A stretch of 64,000 bases of DNA from a virus. Its lineage: Duplodnaviria > Caudoviricetes. Every line of letters begins with the position of its first letter. Position 1 is the stretch's first letter. Positions 1 through 10,211 of this stretch are shown here, one piece after another. A program made the position numbers and the translations under genes. The stretch lies in IMG/VR virus record IMGVR_UViG_3300026549_000069, positions 1 through 64,000 of that record. One strand, given 5' to 3'. The notes below the pieces were generated by a model. It was given only the letters and a program-made list of their open reading frames with translations, had not been told where the DNA came from and made no database searches.

Positions 1-2288
1 TACATTTGCAGCCAAACAAATCTAATCGCTTGGATAACACCTACTATTTTACCTAAACGCAAAATAGAATTTATAACCCTATCAAAGTCTTTCCAGTGCA
101 AGAAAAGTTCTTTTAATGCAACAACACTGGTAGCAAGTATTCCTTGATTGCTTTTGCCAATATCATTGAGCATATTATTCCAAGCAAGCGTAAGGTTTGC
201 CAATTGAACCTTTAGTGTGCCAGCCATCTTTGCTTGGAAATCAAAAAACTTGCCACCATCATCTGTCATCTTATTGATAACAGACATCACATCATTATAT
301 TCGATGGTCTTTTTTTTCATTCTTGTATATACATCGCCAATAGATACCATACGACCTTCAAGTTGCGTATAGTATTCAGACAATTGCTTAACAAGTGGAA
401 TGCCAGCGTTTGCAAACATTCTTGCATCACGACTATTCAAGTAGCCATAAGCCTTAATTTGACCAAGTGCGTAAGTTAATCGTTCCATAGGAATACCAAC
501 AGCAGAAGCTATATCTGCAAGTCGCCTAGTAGTGTCAACAACATCTTTTGCTGCAACATCGTATGCAATAAGTTGTTTTGCAGCATTTGACAATTCAATC
601 AAAGTGTATGGCGACACAAGAGCCATATCACTTAATTGATTAAATATTTGCGTACCGCGCTCTGCGCTGTTTATGAGGATTCCTAATGACCGCTCTGTCA
701 TTTCATATTGGCTACGAATATCAATAAGGTTCTTGACGAATTGCGTACTTGCACCAACAGTGAAATAGAATGCAAGGCGATTCTTCATATAGTTCCAAGA
801 ACGAGAAAGAGCATTGTTCGATTGCGTAAGGCGATTGTTGGTGCCGATTAAATCATCCTGTTTTTTGCGCAACCTGTCAAGTTCGTTTGATACTTGCTTA
901 ATCTCACCAGCTTGCTTGTTGACATCAAGACCACTGCGATATGATGCAAGTTGACGCATTTTGTAGGCAATATTTTCAAGAGTAGATTCATCTAAACCCA
1001 TAGCGGCCTTAAAACTAACTGGTCTTGACATTTGCGCTTGCAATTGCTGCATTGCTCGTTGCGTCCTTTGTATTTGGTCTGCAAGGTTTTTACCCATATC
1101 GGAGTTTCTTTGGTCTAAAGAAAGCCTATGGTATGCCTCTTGCATATAACGCAATGCTGGTTGCATTTTGTAATATGCAGCAGTTTCTTCGTTTACAATT
1201 TGAACCCTTTTTTTGCTTGCGGAATTAACGTGGTCTATTGCAGCTTGTAGGTTTTCAAAATCTTGAAATCTCGTTGGTTTGCTACCAGAACTTTGTGCTT
1301 GTTGTGCTGCTTGCAGAGCTTGCGCCATTTGTTGACCTGCCAATGCAGCACGCCTTGCAGCATATTCTTCCTCTTGTAATTGTTGTGCTGTTTTTTTTGT
1401 TGCACCGTGCAATTGTTCCTCTAACTTTATTTCTTCTTGTTTAATCCATACTAATTGTTCTTCAATGCTTTGCTTGCTATTTGCATACACGAAGTACTCC
1501 CTATTAGAACCATCTACTCCAGATTTGATGCTAAACATCCCAGTTTGTTGGAATTTCTCGCTTTCTCTGATAGCCTGTGCTTGTTTATTGATTTCATTCG
1601 TAACCTTGCTTTGGGCTGTTGCAAGTTGTTGAGTAACCTCAACTTGCGTTCCTAGTAAAGTGTTCCCTTGCTTATATTGCGCATTTAATGCCGCAAGTTC
1701 TGGGTTGACTTTTGTAAGGTTATCTATGTAGTTTTTGAAAGAATTTCCGGGGTTTAAAACATCAACAAGCATACCACGCTTGGATTCAAGTTGGGTAATT
1801 ACAAGCATTAGCCTTTCAGCCTCTTTTTCGGCTTGCTTTAAGCCCTCTTGACCCCAAGAAACTTGCGTAGGTTTGCCAGAACCAATTGCTTGGCGATATA
1901 AGTCAATATCTTCACGAACTTGGATAAGCCTTTGTCGTAATTGTAACAATTGGTCATCGTATTGCTTTAATACGCTCCAATTTGTTTTCACCTCTCCGCC
2001 ACCCATTGCGGTCGCCTTGGCCTTTGCTAGAGCATCATACGAATCTGCAACTTGTTTAATCGTTTGTGACTCTGATTTTGTGCCACCAATTTTTGTATCT
2101 GTTGTTACGCCCTTTAAAGCGTTTCCAAGCCGTTTGGTGGCAGCCTCCATTTTGGCAACATTTTCATCAAAAGATGTTGCCATTTCGGTAGTTTTGTCTT
2201 TTACAAAATCAACAAGACTTTTTATCGAATCTCGCAACTTGCTATCATCAAGCGATGCTGATATAACTGTTGGATTTTGAGTTGGCAT
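1..2288 (-). CDS. Tape measure protein (runs off the left edge, so absent from the ORF track)
   Basis: Manual translation from ATG at 2288 (MPTQNPTVISASLDDSKLRDS...). Long helical Q/A-rich region, then a tape-measure-type segment (SPYTLIELSNAAKQLIAYDVAAKDVVDTTRRLADIASAVGIPMERLTYALGQIKAYG). Lies directly downstream of the tail chaperone. Confidence 0.9.
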   Translation of the reverse strand, partial: MPTQNPTVISASLDDSKLRDSIKSLVDFVKDKTTEMATSFDENVAKMEAATKRLGNALKGVTTDTKIGGTKSESQTIKQVADSYDALAKAKATAMGGGEVKTNWSVLKQYDDQLLQLRQRLIQVREDIDLYRQAIGSGKPTQVSWGQEGLKQAEKEAERLMLVITQLESKRGMLVDVLNPGNSFKNYIDNLTKVNPELAALNAQYKQGNTLLGTQVEVTQQLATAQSKVTNEINKQAQAIRESEKFQQTGMFSIKSGVDGSNREYFVYANSKQSIEEQLVWIKQEEIKLEEQLHGATKKTAQQLQEEEYAARRAALAGQQMAQALQAAQQAQSSGSKPTRFQDFENLQAAIDHVNSASKKRVQIVNEETAAYYKMQPALRYMQEAYHRLSLDQRNSDMGKNLADQIQRTQRAMQQLQAQMSRPVSFKAAMGLDESTLENIAYKMRQLASYRSGLDVNKQAGEIKQVSNELDRLRKKQDDLIGTNNRLTQSNNALSRSWNYMKNRLAFYFTVGASTQFVKNLIDIRSQYEMTERSLGILINSAERGTQIFNQLSDMALVSPYTLIELSNAAKQLIAYDVAAKDVVDTTRRLADIASAVGIPMERLTYALGQIKAYGYLNSRDARMFANAGIPLVKQLSEYYTQLEGRMVSIGDVYTRMKKKTIEYNDVMSVINKMTDDGGKFFDFQAKMAGTLKVQLANLTLAWNNMLNDIGKSNQGILATSVVALKELFLHWKDFDRVINSILRLGKIVGVIQAIRFVWLQM

Positions 2289-2299
2289 AATGTATATAT

Positions 2300-2680
2300 T
2301 TATTTTTTATTTGATTTCTTTGCTTTGTTCTTTCGCACAGGAATTTCATATTCCTCCCCATCAGCCAGTTGTGGCACATTGAAACCACCAAGGAAATTGT
2401 CAAGTTTGGTTTGTGCCTCAAGTGCCTCCTTGTAGTTCGTCCAAGCCTTCTTGTCGCTACCGTGCAGGTATTTCGTATGCGTATTATCAACCGCCATGAA
2501 TTGTATTTGCGCTATAGACAGCTTGTACAAATAATCGTCAAGTGTATATTGCGTGTATGCCCTTATGAAATCTGCTGCGTCCGCAACGACAGTGCTTCCG
2601 TAAATTGTGATACTGTCTCCTCCGATTTCTTCTTCCGAGTCAGCAGAGAATCCGTAAGCATACTCACCGATTTTTTGAGT
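2300..2680 (-). CDS. Tail assembly chaperone C-terminal extension (gpT-like), reached by -1 frameshift
   Basis: The -1 frame is open from the slippery site to the stop at 2300 and includes track ORF 2300..2530. A TGA closes this frame 4 codons upstream of the slippery run. Confidence 0.8.
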   Translation of the reverse strand, partial: TQKIGEYAYGFSADSEEEIGGDSITIYGSTVVADAADFIRAYTQYTLDDYLYKLSIAQIQFMAVDNTHTKYLHGSDKKAWTNYKEALEAQTKLDNFLGGFNVPQLADGEEYEIPVRKNKAKKSNKK

Positions 2681-3156
2681 AAAAAAAAACCAGACAAGTC
2701 AATGCTTTTGATTGCACCTAGAATGATTGCAGACCACTGGTTGACATCGTATGTGCTGTTCATGACTTTCATCTTCATCACCTTAATCCACTTGTCGTTT
2801 CTCGACAATGTAGCATCAACATCTTCGTAATCCTTTATATCGTCAGGGCAAAAAAGATGATTGCAAAGTATGATTGCCATGATTTCACACATTGCATCCA
2901 AATCAGTGCATAAGGCCGTTATAATTGCGTTGTCATCGTCCATTGCAGTGTCAGCTTGTTTCATATCCATAGCCAATCTGCAAATGCGATACAGCGAATA
3001 ATAGCGCATATCTTTTACACGATATTCTTTATTTCCCAACATGACAAGTGACGGTGTGTCGTTGATTATGTCAACAATGTCACGTTTAATGTCTATCGGG
3101 AAATCTTGCAACATATTATTCTCTTGCTTGGGCTGTTCTTGTTCTTTCTTTTTCAT
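2563..3156 (-). CDS. Tail assembly chaperone (gpG-like)
   Basis: Sits between the major tail protein and TMP and contains the slippery sequence GGT TTT TTT TTA. Confidence 0.8.
   Translation of the reverse strand: MKKKEQEQPKQENNMLQDFPIDIKRDIVDIINDTPSLVMLGNKEYRVKDMRYYSLYRICRLAMDMKQADTAMDDDNAIITALCTDLDAMCEIMAIILCNHLFCPDDIKDYEDVDATLSRNDKWIKVMKMKVMNSTYDVNQWSAIILGAIKSIDLSGFFLLKKSVSMLTDSLLTRKKKSEETVSQFTEALSLRTQQIS
2680..2690 (-). promoter_or_regulatory. -1 programmed ribosomal frameshift site (T TTT TTA within G-T9-A)
   Basis: X XXY YYZ heptamer in the correct phase; the downstream -1 frame is open for about 126 codons. Confidence 0.8.
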
Positions 3157-3203
3157 TTTCGTAAACGATTTAAATTAGTATCTTTTTTTGTTTTTCGTAA
3201 ACT

Positions 3204-3242
3204 AAAAAGGGTGTGCAATGATTGTACCACCACCACACACCC
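3204..3242 (-). terminator. Intrinsic terminator after major tail protein
   Basis: GGGTGTG...CACACCC stem followed by TTTTT on the minus strand. Confidence 0.7.
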
Positions 3243-3264
3243 AAACGCTTACGAAAACGATTTG

Positions 3265-3774
3265 CTAGGGATTAGTACCGCCACCACTTGCGGCTTGGCC
3301 GACAATCTTGTACATGTGCTCTTTGTTATCTTTGTCGGTGTACACAAGTGCGGTAATGGTCACATTGTAGTTCAGTGCACCATCTGCATCCTTCTTCAGC
3401 GTGCCAATGGTAAGACCACGGGCAATAATCAGCGATGCATTGCCACGACCAAAGTCAAGTTTCCACTCATGCTCGCTAGTGAACGCATTGGTTGCGCCCT
3501 CGTACTCTGTTCCAGTAACCGTACCACCAAACAGGGCGGGCAACTCGCTCAAGTCGTAGTTTGCCAACTCAAATGTCATAGTGACAGGATTGCCGTCATA
3601 GAAAATGTCAAACGGGGCATCGTAAAATTCAGCCTCAATTTCGGTGCTTTCAGGGTCGTCCTGCGAAATGGTCAGACCTTTCAGAACACCCATCAGGCTG
3701 GTGTAAGTACCAGTCGTTGCGCCAACATCGCGATAGCCAAGCGCAATAGGCTTTACAGTTGTTTTTTTTGCCAT
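3265..3774 (-). CDS. Major tail (tube) protein
   Basis: 169 aa, beta-rich and G/T-rich, upstream of the chaperone and followed by a terminator. Confidence 0.75.
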   Translation of the reverse strand: MAKKTTVKPIALGYRDVGATTGTYTSLMGVLKGLTISQDDPESTEIEAEFYDAPFDIFYDGNPVTMTFELANYDLSELPALFGGTVTGTEYEGATNAFTSEHEWKLDFGRGNASLIIARGLTIGTLKKDADGALNYNVTITALVYTDKDNKEHMYKIVGQAASGGGTNP

Positions 3775-3807
3775 AATTTTAACTAGTATTTTAAATGGTT
3801 TCTAATT

Positions 3808-4242
3808 TTAATTTGTTGTATTGCAGATATTTACAATGAAAGATTTTACAAAGATATAAAAGTTCTCTCCAGACGATTCAAGCGAATCTGCACTTAATAT
3901 ACTACCGTCTTGAATGGAATATGTGTCATTCTGATTCATTTCCGCATTTTCAATGACATCGTTTATGGCTTGTTCGAATTGAGCATACTTGTCTTTATCC
4001 AGCCTGCCTCGCGATTTCGGCGGTATATAGGCATATATGAAAACACGAACAGAACCAAACGCATTTCTAGAAAACTCGCTTTCGTCAACAAAATCACCAA
4101 TACGGATAACGATAAAGCCGTTTTCTACATCGCTTTCTGTCATTTCCGCTGGTTCATTCATACGGTATACGTTTTGTGTTACCGTATTAAAGAACAGCGA
4201 GTACAAATAATCATAGATTGCTATGCGAGAATCGTTAAACAT
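3808..4242 (-). CDS. Putative tail terminator/completion protein
   Basis: Position immediately upstream of the tail tube gene; 144 aa. Confidence 0.5.
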   Translation of the reverse strand: MFNDSRIAIYDYLYSLFFNTVTQNVYRMNEPAEMTESDVENGFIVIRIGDFVDESEFSRNAFGSVRVFIYAYIPPKSRGRLDKDKYAQFEQAINDVIENAEMNQNDTYSIQDGSILSADSLESSGENFYIFVKSFIVNICNTTN

Positions 4243-4257
4243 AATTGATTGATTTTA

Positions 4258-4905
4258 TTAACCGTAATTTTTCTTTGCTTGCGAGAACAACGACTTGCTT
4301 GCGTATTTCGCCACACTGACATTGAAACGAATCCTAGCTGGTTTAAGGTCTGCTTTCACCTTGTCATGGAACTGGGTCATCACAGCAAATTGCAAGAACC
4401 GTTCATTTCTTTTAGCACCAAATCCAGTCCTCAATGTGAACCCTTTTTCCCAATAGCCCCAATATGGCGCAAGAATCGCAAAAAATACTTTCCACCCCTT
4501 ACTGCTTAAATTGCCAGCACGGGCGATGTACTCCTCCGCCAATTGATGACCATTAACAGGGGTGTCTGCATTTATCATTTCCAGATAATCGCCAGACTTT
4601 TTGTCACGGAAAGACGCGGTAGACCATTCGTGCAAGCCAGATTCCATGCTAGCTTGCGCAGGGCGATAAAAACCACTATCCATTAACTTGCCCTGATAGC
4701 TTACACCCCAACATAGACTGTCAAGCAAATTTCCTGTCCTATCCATGTTGTTGCGGCTATGGTAAGTCTTGATTGTGTCACCTATTTCTTTGATGGTCTT
4801 TTCGGCATAGTCAACAAACAAAGCACGCTGCTGCTTGATAATATCTTTCATCATACTATCAACCAACTTTGCGCCATTGAAACCGACTACCCTAGATTTG
4901 CCCAT
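4258..4905 (-). CDS. Putative neck/tail completion protein
   Basis: Position in the head-tail joining cluster; ATG at 4905 abuts the previous stop. Confidence 0.45.
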   Translation of the reverse strand: MGKSRVVGFNGAKLVDSMMKDIIKQQRALFVDYAEKTIKEIGDTIKTYHSRNNMDRTGNLLDSLCWGVSYQGKLMDSGFYRPAQASMESGLHEWSTASFRDKKSGDYLEMINADTPVNGHQLAEEYIARAGNLSSKGWKVFFAILAPYWGYWEKGFTLRTGFGAKRNERFLQFAVMTQFHDKVKADLKPARIRFNVSVAKYASKSLFSQAKKNYG

Positions 4906-4907
4906 TA

Positions 4908-5243
4908 CTACCAACTGTTTCTAGTACAATAAACACTTACACCACCAAGCTGCGACGGGTCGCTGTTGTCAACTGTCAGATTGAATGTTTCCTCGTAGCG
5001 AGTTATGCGAACTTTATCCCCACGATGCGGGATAACATAATTGCCGTCTGTGTCACGAACAAGCGGAATGGATATAATGTATTGCGATGTCTTTAATGTA
5101 AGACCATTATCCCAATCGCGCATGTGCTCATCCATAACGCCATCATACACGACAATTTCCGTATCATCCTCATCGCCAACACCGTGGATAATCCTAGTTA
5201 TCACACCACTATATGGGTATTCGCTTATTTCGCCACGAATCAT
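4908..5243 (-). CDS. Putative head closure protein
   Basis: 111 aa beta-rich protein, second gene after the capsid gene. Confidence 0.5.
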   Translation of the reverse strand: MIRGEISEYPYSGVITRIIHGVGDEDDTEIVVYDGVMDEHMRDWDNGLTLKTSQYIISIPLVRDTDGNYVIPHRGDKVRITRYEETFNLTVDNSDPSQLGGVSVYCTRNSW

Positions 5244-5626
5244 AATGACATCACATCTTCAATCGGAATTAACTTTATCTTCTTTGAATCAGCCAACTGC
5301 TCAAGCATATCAGCCCTATCATCCTCATAGGTATTGTAAATGCGAATGGCATACTTAATCTTTTCGGATTGATAGAAATCTTGCTCTTGACCAATTGACT
5401 TTTGATAGCCATTGTGCGACTGCGACAACGATGCGGTATTTGAAGGACTTAACAGCACAGCCATAAAGATAATGTCTGCGGTCATAAGTTCACGTTGCTT
5501 TTTTGTCACATTTGCGCCATACACATCATCATTCGGGTCGCACTCTCTATCAAGGGCAATCTTCATAAAGTTCTGCTCCTCGAAAGAATACCTAGTGGAT
5601 GCTTTAAGCCATTCAAGTACCGTCAT
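5240..5626 (-). CDS. Putative head-tail connector/adaptor
   Basis: 128 aa helical protein directly after the major capsid gene. Confidence 0.55.
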   Translation of the reverse strand: MTVLEWLKASTRYSFEEQNFMKIALDRECDPNDDVYGANVTKKQRELMTADIIFMAVLLSPSNTASLSQSHNGYQKSIGQEQDFYQSEKIKYAIRIYNTYEDDRADMLEQLADSKKIKLIPIEDVMSL

Positions 5627-5662
5627 CTTATCGCTTTTTTAAAGACTATCAATTAACAATTA

Positions 5663-6910
5663 TTAGTCAGGTTCAGTGATGTCAACCACAACGTGATACA
5701 TCGACTCGGTAAGCACGGGAGCATAACGGCCAATAACATCAGTGTGGTAAGACTTAAGCATTCCGTTAGGCGTAACCTTGTTAATCACATAAAGGAAATT
5801 CTGAACCTTTGCCAACGAGAACTGAATGCCATTATTCACCTCACCACTTTGCATCAACTGCACATCAGCGGTCTTTGCATGAACAACAACACCAGCCATG
5901 CCAAGAGGACGAAGGACAACCTTGTTCTGCGCCCATCCGCTAACGGTCGTGATTGTGGTGATGTCCTGCACAGTGCTTTGTTGCTTGACAATGCGAATCG
6001 GGGCAACTTTCGAAATGGGGCTACGACTATAAGCCATAAGCTGCTCCATCGTGATTGTGTCAATATCAGTTGACGTACCGCCACTGGTCACAACAATTAC
6101 CTTGTCGGGAGCATAAAGGCGAATATAACGATTCACCTCATTCTTGAAAGCCGCATTCTTGAGCAGCACAGTGGTGACGATATTGTAGGGAATATCCCAC
6201 TCCATCGGGAAATCATCTGCAAGACGATTGGCCTCCTTGAAGTCAGCCTCAATCTTTGCCATCTGCTCGGGAATGTCCGCATCAGCGGCAGACCAAGCCT
6301 TCACACCAGCAGACTTGAAGTTTGCTGTAGGGATGTAAGAATCCTGAATTGTATTCACACCACTAAAGCCCTTGCTGTTCGCATTGGTGTATCCACCACC
6401 AGAAGAAAGCACTTGTGCGGCCATGTACGAAAGGCGATAGTTGTGCGTCTTAATCAGGTCAGCAACACCACGAACAAAGCCAGTGACGAGGTTTTGGTCG
6501 CTTGCGTTCAGCTCGCGCAGACGTGCCTCAAGTTCCATCTTCGACATCGAAGTCTCAAACAAGCCCTTTCCGTATTGGTAGATTGAGCCATTCTTTTCCG
6601 TCCATCCCTCGTTGTCAAGTTGAGCAGTTTCCGAAAGCGGTGCCATAGCATCAGCCATAGGAACGGTGCGGTTCACCTTTTGGCGAACAGTCCAAGCGGG
6701 ATTCTTCTTCAGGTCGCCAAGGTCAATGTCATACTCATTGCCCTCAACCGTGAAATGCTCTTGCCAAAAGAAAGAATTGCTGTCAATCTCAATCGTGTTG
6801 TCAATCAACGTCTGCAAGAAATTTGCACTAGTACCCTCGGCAAAGCCGCGTTGATACAGCTTTTCGATAGCCTCATCAGGTGTCCATTGATATTTATATG
6901 CGTTTGCCAT
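5663..6910 (-). CDS. Major capsid protein
   Basis: 415 aa; follows the scaffold and decoration-like genes; codon usage suggests high expression. Confidence 0.8.
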   Translation of the reverse strand: MANAYKYQWTPDEAIEKLYQRGFAEGTSANFLQTLIDNTIEIDSNSFFWQEHFTVEGNEYDIDLGDLKKNPAWTVRQKVNRTVPMADAMAPLSETAQLDNEGWTEKNGSIYQYGKGLFETSMSKMELEARLRELNASDQNLVTGFVRGVADLIKTHNYRLSYMAAQVLSSGGGYTNANSKGFSGVNTIQDSYIPTANFKSAGVKAWSAADADIPEQMAKIEADFKEANRLADDFPMEWDIPYNIVTTVLLKNAAFKNEVNRYIRLYAPDKVIVVTSGGTSTDIDTITMEQLMAYSRSPISKVAPIRIVKQQSTVQDITTITTVSGWAQNKVVLRPLGMAGVVVHAKTADVQLMQSGEVNNGIQFSLAKVQNFLYVINKVTPNGMLKSYHTDVIGRYAPVLTESMYHVVVDITEPD

Positions 6911-6933
6911 ATTTCTTTACTTTAAAGTGATTA

Positions 6934-7611
6934 TTAAATCCAAAAGATACCGTCAATATACGAACGATTCTTTTTCAACACATACTCGGGCAGCGGTTGC
7001 ATACGGGCAATCCATGCTTGCTTATTGTACACAGTGCTAATCGAATAATTGGCATTTGTGATTCCATAACCATCGGTAGGCATCAGGTCACGGTCTGCCT
7101 CAATAAACGTGTTCGGATTGGGAACAAGAACAAATGCTTTAGCTTGTGCGGCAGTTCCAGCGGCTTCAACCAAAATAACATCAGTAGACCCTTCATTCAA
7201 ACCGAGACTAGTATCAAGTGTAATCTTAAACGTATCGCCATTAGCTGTGCTAACAAACTCAACATTCAAAACCTTTGCGGACTGACCAGACGTTCCAGCA
7301 TCCGTAGGCGCAACCATAAGCAGCATGCCAACTTCAGGGGCATCTCCATATCCGTCGGCCTTAACATGCACAACCTTATCGCCGTCACTGTTAACGACAG
7401 CAAAAGAGCGGAAAATCAGGCAACCACTGCCGGGCGTGTATTGTACAAGCTGGGCAGCATACAGGTGGTCAAAACCTTTCTTCGGGTTGAGAATCGTGCC
7501 ACCAAGCAGCACATTGCCACGCATCTCACCGTTGCTATCTTTCACCCAAACAAACTTGCCACCACGAACTTTCTTTGAACTTTCGTAGAAATAAGCCAAA
7601 TTTGTAACCAT
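6934..7611 (-). CDS. Putative capsid decoration/cement protein
   Basis: 225 aa beta-rich protein between scaffold and MCP. Confidence 0.5.
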   Translation of the reverse strand: MVTNLAYFYESSKKVRGGKFVWVKDSNGEMRGNVLLGGTILNPKKGFDHLYAAQLVQYTPGSGCLIFRSFAVVNSDGDKVVHVKADGYGDAPEVGMLLMVAPTDAGTSGQSAKVLNVEFVSTANGDTFKITLDTSLGLNEGSTDVILVEAAGTAAQAKAFVLVPNPNTFIEADRDLMPTDGYGITNANYSISTVYNKQAWIARMQPLPEYVLKKNRSYIDGIFWI

Positions 7612-7630
7612 AGTTTTTCTTTTTTATTAC

Positions 7631-8266
7631 TTAAATTTTAATTTTCGGAATCGAACCAAGATATTCCTCATCACGCTTGGCAGACACTGTAGGCGACAAT
7701 GGTTTGATGTTACCAATACTGTCTTTGAAAATGTCTTGAAATCGAGCAGTCAATTTCTTTGCTTGTGCCTCGCTTTCATCGTCCAGCGAAATCGAAAAAT
7801 CCGCGGCATACTTTTCCAACGTGCTGTGCAAATCTTGTCGAACACTTTTCTTTGCCAGAGCAAGAACCTCGTTGAACTTTTCATTTCTTTTTTGCTCATT
7901 CTTGAACTTTTCCAATTCCTCTAGTTGTTTTTTGATGTCATCGCTCAAACCACCATCAGGAGTTTGGTCGGGTTCACTGGCTGGCTTTTTTTTCGTCAAC
8001 TCTTCGATTTGTTTCTTGTATTCGCTTTCTTTCGCGTCAAATGCCTTTACCTTTGCAGTAATCCCCTTTGATGTTGCGCTGAATGCAGTGTTCAAATTGA
8101 ATTGCAAATCAGCAATAATAGCATCATCATTGATGTCACCGTCTGGGTTGCGCTTGACAAAAAAATCTGCAAATTGAGATTTAAACTCATCAGTCAGAGT
8201 TTCCGTGGTGTAACTTTTCTCGTTACAATAGTCGTTTACTTTCTGTAAAACTTCATCTTTATTCAT
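7631..8266 (-). CDS. Putative capsid scaffolding protein
   Basis: Acidic/basic coiled-coil protein of 211 aa, first gene of the head operon. Confidence 0.6.
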   Translation of the reverse strand: MNKDEVLQKVNDYCNEKSYTTETLTDEFKSQFADFFVKRNPDGDINDDAIIADLQFNLNTAFSATSKGITAKVKAFDAKESEYKKQIEELTKKKPASEPDQTPDGGLSDDIKKQLEELEKFKNEQKRNEKFNEVLALAKKSVRQDLHSTLEKYAADFSISLDDESEAQAKKLTARFQDIFKDSIGNIKPLSPTVSAKRDEEYLGSIPKIKI

Positions 8267-8296
8267 AGTTTTCTACTATTTTTGGATTTTCGACAA

Positions 8297-8327
8297 CAAA
8301 AGTAATAACAACCACAAAACACACAAA
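8297..8327 (-). promoter_or_regulatory. Bacteroidota sigma70-type promoter for the head-tail operon
   Basis: TTTG (8327-8324), 19-nt spacer, TACTTTTG (8304-8297). A divergent TAATTTTG at 8411-8418 (+) lies upstream of terL without a clear -33 element. Confidence 0.7.
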
Positions 8328-8438
8328 ACAAGTTATTTAGGCTTTTATTTTTTAATATACCAAAATACAATTTATAAAGTTTTTACACAATTTATATATG
8401 ATAATACAAGTAATTTTGTAGCGAACAAAATAAAATGT

Positions 8439-10211
8439 ATGCAACAAAAGGATGTAATATTAAAACCGCTAGAGGATGGTAACCAGAAATATGCCATTCG
8501 TTCAAATGCTGATATTGTTTGCTTTACTGGCGGCACTGGCGGCGGGAAGAGTTATGCCCTTTATTATGCACCTATTGAGTATTTGTCAACGAACGATAAT
8601 GCAAAAATCATTTGCTTTATGCGCAATGTGTCTGATTTTTGGGGCGCAGGAAAAGTAAATGACACGTTGAAAAAGATGTATCCATTGATTGATAGGTCTG
8701 TCAAGAAACAACCACATGACCCTATCGGTGAAATCATCCGAAATCAAGTTGATATGGGTATGAAACTTTACAACGGCAGTGAAATCAAATTCCAGCAGCT
8801 GGACAACGAGAATCCGATTGTGATTGATAAAATCGCAAAAGGTCTACAGGCAAAGAAACTTATCTTTGACGAATGTAATAAGTTTAGCTGGCGAACAATC
8901 ACAGCATTTATGCCACGTTTGCGTGCAGATTCAAGTGGCAAAGCACAGATATTCTTGGCACAGAACCCAGAAAGAAAGTGTTTTATGCGCAAACTTTGTG
9001 GCAAGGGCGAACATGGTGGAGGTTGGATTAATGATGATGGCACTGTAGACAAGTCAATGGACGGTGTTGTCATGTATTTCAATATGCAGGAGGGCGACTT
9101 GGAAAAGACTTATTTTGGGCGAACCAAAAGGGAGGTGTACGAAAAATGCAAAGACCACATTGATTCGCTTGTTGCACAAGACCCAACCCTAACCCCCGAT
9201 GACTTTATCCTTTCAATGGTGTTTTACACATTTAGTGTGAAAGACAACAAGAGGATGCTTTCAAAAAATGCTCGCTATCGTGGCTTTGCCGCCAACTCAT
9301 CAACTGCTGCATCTGCATATTCGGAAAATTGGAATCATTCGATTGAAGATGAAGAATTGGATGTTGAGGAATCAGCAAATATTCAAGTCACACATCGTGA
9401 CATCGAAAGAATGTTTGTAGCAGTCCCGAAACCACATAATTCTGAACTGATAAAACGTCTTATGACTGTTGATATGGCCACAAGTGGTTTTGATAATCTG
9501 GTTATCAAGTATTGGGAATTGTGGTCGCATTACGGATATATATGCCGTGATATATACTATTCAGTCAAGAATACAAATCTTGAGGCTGTAAGGATGATTA
9601 TGGCTTTCCGTGACAAGCATGGACTGAACGACAAGGATATGATTCTTGACACGCAAGGATTTCAGTTTTTGGGAGAATGTTTTCCTAGTTGTCGTGCATT
9701 TACTGGTGCAGCGCACACGTCAAACAAGGGGAAAAACCAATTCCGAGCTATGAAAGACGAAAGTGCGCATATCGCAATGCAGATGATTAAAAGCGGCTTG
9801 ATTCACTACGAACCAAGCCTTGCTGATATGCGATATACACACCAAAATATGAAACGTGATGGTGCTACAACGATATTGCGACATTTGAAATTCGAAAGTG
9901 TTATTTTTCAATTCGACAAAACGCCTAACGGGAAAATAATTGTGATTGACAAGCAAGACCAAAAAAGACTAATCAAGGGGATGTCGCCAGACTTGACTGA
10001 CAATATAATTATGCTTTGCGGTGCGACTTGCTATGATTGTTACAGAATATTAAGTTCTGATGCAGGGGCGATGCGAAAACGAATGAATATAGATGACATT
10101 GTTGATGTGTTTAATTTCAATGATGAAAACAATATTCAACAACCATACGAAAGAAAGAAATTCAAAATACATCAATCAGATAAAATTTTAAATATAATTA
10201 GTTCATTATGA
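8439..10211 (+). CDS. terL: Terminase large subunit
   Basis: Walker A GGTGGGKS, Walker B LIFDE, AQNP motif, C-terminal RNase H-like TVDMATSGFD; precedes the portal. Confidence 0.9.
   Translation: MQQKDVILKPLEDGNQKYAIRSNADIVCFTGGTGGGKSYALYYAPIEYLSTNDNAKIICFMRNVSDFWGAGKVNDTLKKMYPLIDRSVKKQPHDPIGEIIRNQVDMGMKLYNGSEIKFQQLDNENPIVIDKIAKGLQAKKLIFDECNKFSWRTITAFMPRLRADSSGKAQIFLAQNPERKCFMRKLCGKGEHGGGWINDDGTVDKSMDGVVMYFNMQEGDLEKTYFGRTKREVYEKCKDHIDSLVAQDPTLTPDDFILSMVFYTFSVKDNKRMLSKNARYRGFAANSSTAASAYSENWNHSIEDEELDVEESANIQVTHRDIERMFVAVPKPHNSELIKRLMTVDMATSGFDNLVIKYWELWSHYGYICRDIYYSVKNTNLEAVRMIMAFRDKHGLNDKDMILDTQGFQFLGECFPSCRAFTGAAHTSNKGKNQFRAMKDESAHIAMQMIKSGLIHYEPSLADMRYTHQNMKRDGATTILRHLKFESVIFQFDKTPNGKIIVIDKQDQKRLIKGMSPDLTDNIIMLCGATCYDCYRILSSDAGAMRKRMNIDDIVDVFNFNDENNIQQPYERKKFKIHQSDKILNIISSL

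Noticed and set aside
234-2280. Plus-strand ORFs in the track over 1-8 kb, and similar antisense ORFs elsewhere
   Set aside because: They are shadows of the minus-strand TMP and structural genes, mostly with TTG/GTG starts and no motifs.
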